Both the position numbers and the translations under genes were made by a program. Source: Delftia acidovorans NBRC 14950 (lineage in GTDB: Bacteria > Pseudomonadota > Gammaproteobacteria > Burkholderiales > Burkholderiaceae_C). Taken from it: a DNA stretch of 32,000 bases. Of the stretch, positions 27,288 through 32,000 are shown in pieces. The notes beneath the pieces were generated by a model that was not told where the DNA came from, ran no database searches, and was given only the letters and a program-made list of their open reading frames with translations. The stretch is taken from the NCBI RefSeq assembly GCF_001598795.1, contig NZ_BCZP01000001.1, forward strand, positions 586,262-618,261, written 5' to 3'. Each line of letters opens with the position of its first letter. Within the stretch, counting starts at the first letter, position 1.

Positions 27288-28280
27288 ATGAACAAGACAA
27301 CAGCACGCCGCACGGCCGCCGCAGTAATCGCCGCCGCCGTGGCGGGCATGGTGCCGGCAGCCGCCCAGGCACAGGACGGCTTTCCCCAGCCCGGCCGGCA
27401 GCTGCGCATCATCGTGCCGTTCACTGCAGGCGGCAGCTCCGACGTGCAGGCACGCATGCTGGCCGACCGCCTGAGCCGGCTCTGGGGCCAGCCGGTGGTG
27501 GTGGAAAACAAGCCCGGCGCGGGCGGTCATCTGGGAGGCCGATATGTGGCCGATCAGCCGGCCGACGGCTACACGCTGATGGTGGGCTCCATCGGCCTGC
27601 ATGCCGCCTATGGCGTGTACGGCAAGCTGGCCTATGACCCCGCAAGGGATCTGCGCGTGGTGACCGTGCTGGCCGAGATGCCGCATGTGGTGGTGGCCAC
27701 GCCCAGCCTTGCCGCCAGCAACCTGGCCGAGCTGACGGCGCTGGCCAAAAAGGCGCCTGGCACGGTCAACTTCGGCTCGGCCGGCGTGGGCTCGTCCGTG
27801 CACATGATGGGCGAGCTGTACAAGCTGCAGGCAGGCGCGCCCATCGTGCACGTGCCTTATCGCGGCAGCTCGGCCGCGCTCAACGACCTGCTGGGCGGCC
27901 AGATCCAGCTCATGTTCGAGAACCCGCCCACGGTGCTGTCGCACATACGCGGCGGCAAGCTCAAGGCGTTGGCCGTCACGGGCAGCCAGCGCCTGGCGGC
28001 CCTGCCGGACGTGCCCACGGCGGCCGAGTCCGGGCTCAAGGACTATGTGGCCACCTCCTGGACCACGGTGGCCGTCTCCTCCAAGGTGCCCGAGGCCATC
28101 GTCAAAAAGCTCAATGACGACATCCGAAAGGTCGTGGCCACGCCCGAGTTCCGCAAGGGCCTGCAAGAGCAGGGCATGAGCGCCGTCGCCAACAGCCTGC
28201 CTGAGGCGCAATCCTTCGTTGCCCGCGAAAAGCAGCGTTGGGACCGCGTGATCGCCGAAGGCCACATCTCCGCCCAATGA
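27288..28280 (+). CDS. Bug/TctC-family periplasmic tripartite tricarboxylate transporter substrate-binding protein
   Basis: The signal peptide ends AAAQAQ. The family signature is IIVPFTAGGSSDVQARMLA...VVVENKPGAGG...VPYRGSSAALNDLLGGQI. No tctA or tctB membrane genes lie in the window. Confidence 0.92.
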   Translation: MNKTTARRTAAAVIAAAVAGMVPAAAQAQDGFPQPGRQLRIIVPFTAGGSSDVQARMLADRLSRLWGQPVVVENKPGAGGHLGGRYVADQPADGYTLMVGSIGLHAAYGVYGKLAYDPARDLRVVTVLAEMPHVVVATPSLAASNLAELTALAKKAPGTVNFGSAGVGSSVHMMGELYKLQAGAPIVHVPYRGSSAALNDLLGGQIQLMFENPPTVLSHIRGGKLKALAVTGSQRLAALPDVPTAAESGLKDYVATSWTTVAVSSKVPEAIVKKLNDDIRKVVATPEFRKGLQEQGMSAVANSLPEAQSFVAREKQRWDRVIAEGHISAQ

Positions 28281-29575
28281 AACGCTCCATGACTTCGAAC
28301 ACCCCCGCATCCTTCGCCCCCTGCCGCCGCCTGGGCGATGGCGGCCAGCACCACTTCTTCGGCTACTACAACAAGTCCAGCTGGGACCGCAGCAACCGCC
28401 TGGTGCTGGCGCAGCAAACGCCGTGGATGGACCAGTACCTCACGCCCCAGGCGCGGGCGTCCATCGGCTACTTCGATACCGAAAACGGCGACCGCTTCCA
28501 CGCCGTGGGCGAGACCGGCGCCTGGAACTGGCAGATGGGCAGCCAGCTGCAGTGGCTGGACGGACTGGCGGGCCGCCAGCTGATCCACAACGACAGGACG
28601 GCAGATTCCGGGGGGCGCTATCCGGGGTTCGGCTCCGTGGTCATCGATGTGGACAGCGGCGAGCGGCGCACCCTGCCCATGCCTGTCTATGTGGTGGCAC
28701 CCAGCAGCGCCTGGGCGCTGTGCGTGGACTACCGTCGTCTGTACGTCACGCACGAAACCATTGGCTATAGCGAAGAGGGTGGTCCCTTCGCCTTGCCCCT
28801 GGCGCCCGAGGACGACGGCATCTGGCGCATGGAGGTCGCGACGGGCGAGGCCAGGCTGCTGGCCAGCTATGCGCGGCTCAAGGCCTTTCATCACCGCACA
28901 TCGATGGACAAGGCCATCCACTGGGTCAGCCATATCGAGGTCAACCCGTCGTCATCGCGCATCCTGTTCCTGCACCGCTGGACCGAACGCGTCAAGGACG
29001 AAACCTGCTTTCTGCACCGCCTGATCACCATGGCGCCCGACGGCTCCGACATGCGCCTGCTCGAATGCTCGGACCATCCGCTGCCCCAGCTGGCCGACGA
29101 CTTCGACCCACTGGCCGTGGGCACCTTCGACTACGAAAAGTCCGAATACCAGATCTCGCATCCGCTATGGCAGGACGACAGCCACATCATTGTGTGGGGC
29201 CCGCATGCCGGGGAGATCCACTATCACCTCTATGACGATGTGGAGGGCGGTGACGTGCAAGTGGTGGGCGCAGGCGTGCTGGTGGAGAACGGCCACATGA
29301 GCTTCTCGCCCGTGGACACGCGCTGGCTGCTCAGCGATACCTACCCCGACGACCGCACGCACGAGCGCTTCCTGTTCCTGTACGACATGCACACGGGCGA
29401 GCGCCACGACCTGGGCAGCTTCTACGCCTCGCCCGATCTCAGCAAGGAGAACCGCTGCGACCTGCACCCGCGCTGGAGCCGTGACGGGCGCCAGGTCTGC
29501 ATCGACTCCGTGCACGAGCACCAGCGGCAGATGTATGTGCTCGATGTGTCGGGGATCGTGGAGGCCCCGAGATAG
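28277..29575 (+). CDS. Signal-less TolB/PD40-like beta-propeller protein (possible PL22 oligogalacturonide-lyase-like fold)
   Basis: ATG 28277 overlaps the Bug stop (ATGA). The protein has 432 aa and no signal peptide. It shows propeller-type motifs (HIEVNPSSSRILFLH, CDLHPRWSRDGRQVCIDS). Family assignment is from memory of the architecture only. Confidence 0.6.
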   Translation: MKRSMTSNTPASFAPCRRLGDGGQHHFFGYYNKSSWDRSNRLVLAQQTPWMDQYLTPQARASIGYFDTENGDRFHAVGETGAWNWQMGSQLQWLDGLAGRQLIHNDRTADSGGRYPGFGSVVIDVDSGERRTLPMPVYVVAPSSAWALCVDYRRLYVTHETIGYSEEGGPFALPLAPEDDGIWRMEVATGEARLLASYARLKAFHHRTSMDKAIHWVSHIEVNPSSSRILFLHRWTERVKDETCFLHRLITMAPDGSDMRLLECSDHPLPQLADDFDPLAVGTFDYEKSEYQISHPLWQDDSHIIVWGPHAGEIHYHLYDDVEGGDVQVVGAGVLVENGHMSFSPVDTRWLLSDTYPDDRTHERFLFLYDMHTGERHDLGSFYASPDLSKENRCDLHPRWSRDGRQVCIDSVHEHQRQMYVLDVSGIVEAPR

Positions 29576-29597
29576 CTATTTGCGGGGCCTTGGAACC

Positions 29598-30527
29598 TCA
29601 GCGCCCCCAGCGCAGCACCAGCGGATCGAGCCGCCGCGCAATGTCCAGCAGCTGGCGGCGCACCTCGGGGTGCATGGGCGGCCAGGGCGCGCGCGGCGCG
29701 TCGCAGGCGATCACGCCGCCGGCCTTCATCAGCGCCTTGGCGGCCAGGAAGCCGGCCTGGCGGTTTTCGTGGTTGATCAGGGGCAGCCAGCGCTGGTAGA
29801 GGGCGAATGCGGTGTCGGGGTCGCCGTTTCTGTGCGCTTCCATGATGGGGCGTATGCCGTCGGCAAAGCCGCCGCCCGTCATGGAGCCCGTGGCGCCGGC
29901 CTGCAGGTCGGCCAGCAGGGTGATGGCTTCCTCGCCATCCCAGGGGCCTTCGATGGCCTCGCCGCCCAGGGCGATGAGTTCGCGCAGCTTGCCGGCGGCG
30001 CCTGCGGTTTCCATCTTGAAGTAGCAGACCTGCTCGATCTCGTGGGCCATGCGCGCGAGGAAGGCGGGGGACAGCGGCGTGCCTGCGGCGGGCGCGTCCT
30101 GGATCATGATGGGAATGGCGATGGCATCGGACACGGCCTGGAAGAAGGCCTGGATCTGGGGCTCGCCGAAGCGGAAGGTGGCGCCATGGTAGGGCGGCAT
30201 GACCATCACCATGGCCGCGCCCATGTCCTGCGCGCGGCGGCTTCGCTCGGCGCACACGCGTGAGGAGGTGTGCGTGGTGGTGACGATCACGGGCACGCGG
30301 CCCGCCACATGTTCCAGGGCTGTGCGCGTGAGGGTCTCGCGCTCGTCATCGGCCAGCAGGAACTGCTCGGAGAAGTTGGCCAGGATGCACAGGCCGTCCA
30401 CGCCCGAGTCGATCATGAAATCCAGGCAGCGCTTCTGGCTGGCCAGGTCCAGCGTGCCGTCCTCGTGGAAGATGGTGGGTACCACGGGGAAGATGCCGCT
30501 GTAGCGCGGCCGAGAAATTCCGGGCAT
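29598..30527 (-). CDS. Dihydrodipicolinate synthase/N-acetylneuraminate lyase family (class I aldolase/dehydratase) protein
   Basis: The sequence runs MPGISRPRYSGIFPVVPTIFHEDGTLD...GVDGLCILANFSEQ...VMPPYHG...YFKMET (Schiff-base Lys context). Only the 3' 930 nt of the 692-aa track ORF are real. The start lies 11 nt after the enolase stop. Confidence 0.88.
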   Translation of the reverse strand: MPGISRPRYSGIFPVVPTIFHEDGTLDLASQKRCLDFMIDSGVDGLCILANFSEQFLLADDERETLTRTALEHVAGRVPVIVTTTHTSSRVCAERSRRAQDMGAAMVMVMPPYHGATFRFGEPQIQAFFQAVSDAIAIPIMIQDAPAAGTPLSPAFLARMAHEIEQVCYFKMETAGAAGKLRELIALGGEAIEGPWDGEEAITLLADLQAGATGSMTGGGFADGIRPIMEAHRNGDPDTAFALYQRWLPLINHENRQAGFLAAKALMKAGGVIACDAPRAPWPPMHPEVRRQLLDIARRLDPLVLRWGR

Positions 30528-30538
30528 GGCGTGCTCCC

Positions 30539-31711
30539 TCATTCGACGATGCGGAACTGGTCCAGGTACTCGGTCTTGAGCGTGAGGCCCAGGCCCGGCA
30601 CATCGTCCCTGAGCTGCAGGAAGCCGTTCTCGGCCACGGGTTCGCCGTCGAAGATGTACCAGAACAGCTCGTTGCCCACCTCCACGTCGAAGATGGGGAA
30701 GTACTCGGCCATGGGCGAGGCCAGCGTGCTCATGGTCAGGTGGTAGTTGTGCATCTGGCCCGCATGCGGGATCACGGGCACGCTGAACGCCTCGCACAGC
30801 GCATTGATCTTGTGCGCGGCCGTGATGCCGCCCACGCGGTTGGTGTCGTACTGCACGACGCTGACGGCCTTTTTGTCCAGCAGCTGCTTGAAGCCGTAGA
30901 GGCTGAACTCGTGCTCGCCGCCCGAGATCGGAATGCTGGTGAGGCGGCTGAGTTCGGCGTAGCCGTCGATGTCGTCGGCGATCACGGGCTCCTCCAGCCA
31001 GCGCGGCTCGAACTTCTCCAGCTTGGGGAGCATGCGCCTGGCGTACTCCAGGTTCCAGCCCATGTAGCACTCCAGCATCAGGTCGCAGTCGTAGCCTATG
31101 ACCTCGCGCACGGCCTCGACCGAGCGCAGGTTCTCGCGCACGCCTTCCTGCAGATGGGCCGGGCCGTAGCCGAAGCGCATCTTGAAGGCCTTGAAGCCCT
31201 GGTCCAGGAATTTTTGCGCCTCTTCCTGCATGGCCTTGAGGTCGGTGCGGTAGAGCTTGCTGTAGTAGCAGGGAATCCTTTCCTTGGTGCGCCCGCCCAG
31301 CAGCTTGAACACAGGCTTGTTCACGCTCTTGCCCAGGATGTCCCAGATGGCCAGGTCCACGGCCGAGATGGCTGCCATGGTCACGCCCTTGCGGCCCCAG
31401 GCGTGCGTGGCGCGGTACATGCGCTGCCACAGGTACTCGTAGTCCCATGGGTCGTGGCCGATGACCAGGGGCGCCAGGTACTCGTCGATGATGGCCTTGG
31501 CGATGCGCGGCGCCAGCGCCACGTTGCCCAGGCCGACGATGCCGTCGTCGGTCTCGATCTCCACCACCGTCCAGGAATGGAAGCGGAAGGTGGACATGGT
31601 CTCCTGCGGCGCATAGAGCAGGTCCATGGCGTTGGAGCAGAAGTTGCCCTGGGGCGGCACGGTCTTGCCTTGCCATTCGTAGACGCGGGCGCGGACGGAT
31701 TTGATTTTCAT
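30539..31711 (-). CDS. Enolase-superfamily acid-sugar dehydratase, L-rhamnonate-dehydratase-like subgroup
   Basis: Blocks align with RhmD: [54 protein letters not shown]. Substrate is not assignable. Confidence 0.9.
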   Translation of the reverse strand: MKIKSVRARVYEWQGKTVPPQGNFCSNAMDLLYAPQETMSTFRFHSWTVVEIETDDGIVGLGNVALAPRIAKAIIDEYLAPLVIGHDPWDYEYLWQRMYRATHAWGRKGVTMAAISAVDLAIWDILGKSVNKPVFKLLGGRTKERIPCYYSKLYRTDLKAMQEEAQKFLDQGFKAFKMRFGYGPAHLQEGVRENLRSVEAVREVIGYDCDLMLECYMGWNLEYARRMLPKLEKFEPRWLEEPVIADDIDGYAELSRLTSIPISGGEHEFSLYGFKQLLDKKAVSVVQYDTNRVGGITAAHKINALCEAFSVPVIPHAGQMHNYHLTMSTLASPMAEYFPIFDVEVGNELFWYIFDGEPVAENGFLQLRDDVPGLGLTLKTEYLDQFRIVE

Positions 31712-31739
31712 GATGGTGATGGCGAGGGAGTGAAGTCAG

Positions 31740-32000
31740 TCAGCACAGGCGCGCGGCGCCCATGCGGCAGGCGATCAGAAAGGCCTGCCACGTGGCCTCC
31801 ACGCTGGCCCGGCCCTGGCCCGCGATGTCATAGGCCGTGCCGTGGGCCGGCGTGGTGATGGGGATCGGCAGGCCGCCCTGCACGGTCACGCCGCGCGAGA
31901 AGCCCAGCAGCTTGATGGCGATCTGGCCCTGGTCGTGGTACATGGTCACGATGGCCTGGTACTCGCCGGCCTGGGCCTTCAGGAAGATGGTGTCGGCCGG
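31740..32000 (-). CDS. PdxA-family NAD(P)-dependent dehydrogenase, C-terminal part (5' end lies outside the window)
   Basis: The frame is open to the window edge: [63 protein letters not shown]. It matches the PdxA signature MYHDQG...HGTA.DIAG. Confidence 0.85.
   Translation of the reverse strand, partial: PADTIFLKAQAGEYQAIVTMYHDQGQIAIKLLGFSRGVTVQGGLPIPITTPAHGTAYDIAGQGRASVEATWQAFLIACRMGAARLC

Noticed and set aside
25628-28310. Two very long overlapping ORFs (25628-27637 plus strand, 26532-28310 minus strand) crossing the Crp, LysR and Bug genes.
   Set aside because: They run across three independently supported genes and an AT-richer intergenic promoter region. Their translations are Arg/Gly/Ala/Pro-rich without motifs.
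30528-31676. Upstream 380 codons of the 692-aa minus-strand track ORF 29598-31676.
   Set aside because: This part overlaps the RhmD-like enolase gene out of frame. Only the portion from ATG 30527 downward encodes the DHDPS-family protein, and the rest is Arg/Gly/Pro-rich nonsense.

Overview
High-GC beta-proteobacterial chromosome segment. Gene order and protein sequences look Comamonadaceae/Burkholderiales-like, which is an inference made without a database search. About 90% of the window is ordinary core DNA. It contains der (partial)-hfq-hflX-hflK-hflC, hisZ-purA-phosphoribosyltransferase, and a five-gene envelope-type block (YVTN beta-propeller, polysaccharide deacetylase, sterol-desaturase-family, EI24-like and CinA-like proteins). 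It also contains glnA, a secreted protein gene, ntrB and ntrC with a clear sigma-54 promoter and NtrC sites, then a hypothetical protein, xth, a 949-aa M50 protease-like membrane protein, codA, and Crp-family and LysR-family regulators. The window ends with a catabolic-looking cluster: Bug binding protein, signal-less beta-propeller, DHDPS-family enzyme, rhamnonate-dehydratase-like enolase and partial PdxA-family dehydrogenase. The only clearly accessory DNA is a 1.24-kb insertion (22881-24124), AT-rich in its first ~550 nt, carrying one orphan chaperone-usher-type fimbrial adhesin gene. It is bracketed by an 85-nt imperfect direct duplication of the codA 5' end and contains no transposase or integrase. 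No rRNA, tRNA, CRISPR array or IS element was seen. I found no convincing multi-gene novel system such as a defence island. The best second-look candidates are the adhesin cassette and its unusual junctions, the unassigned catabolic cluster at 26.2-32 kb, and the large M50-helical-repeat protein. The many long antisense or out-of-frame ORFs in the track are high-GC artefacts.
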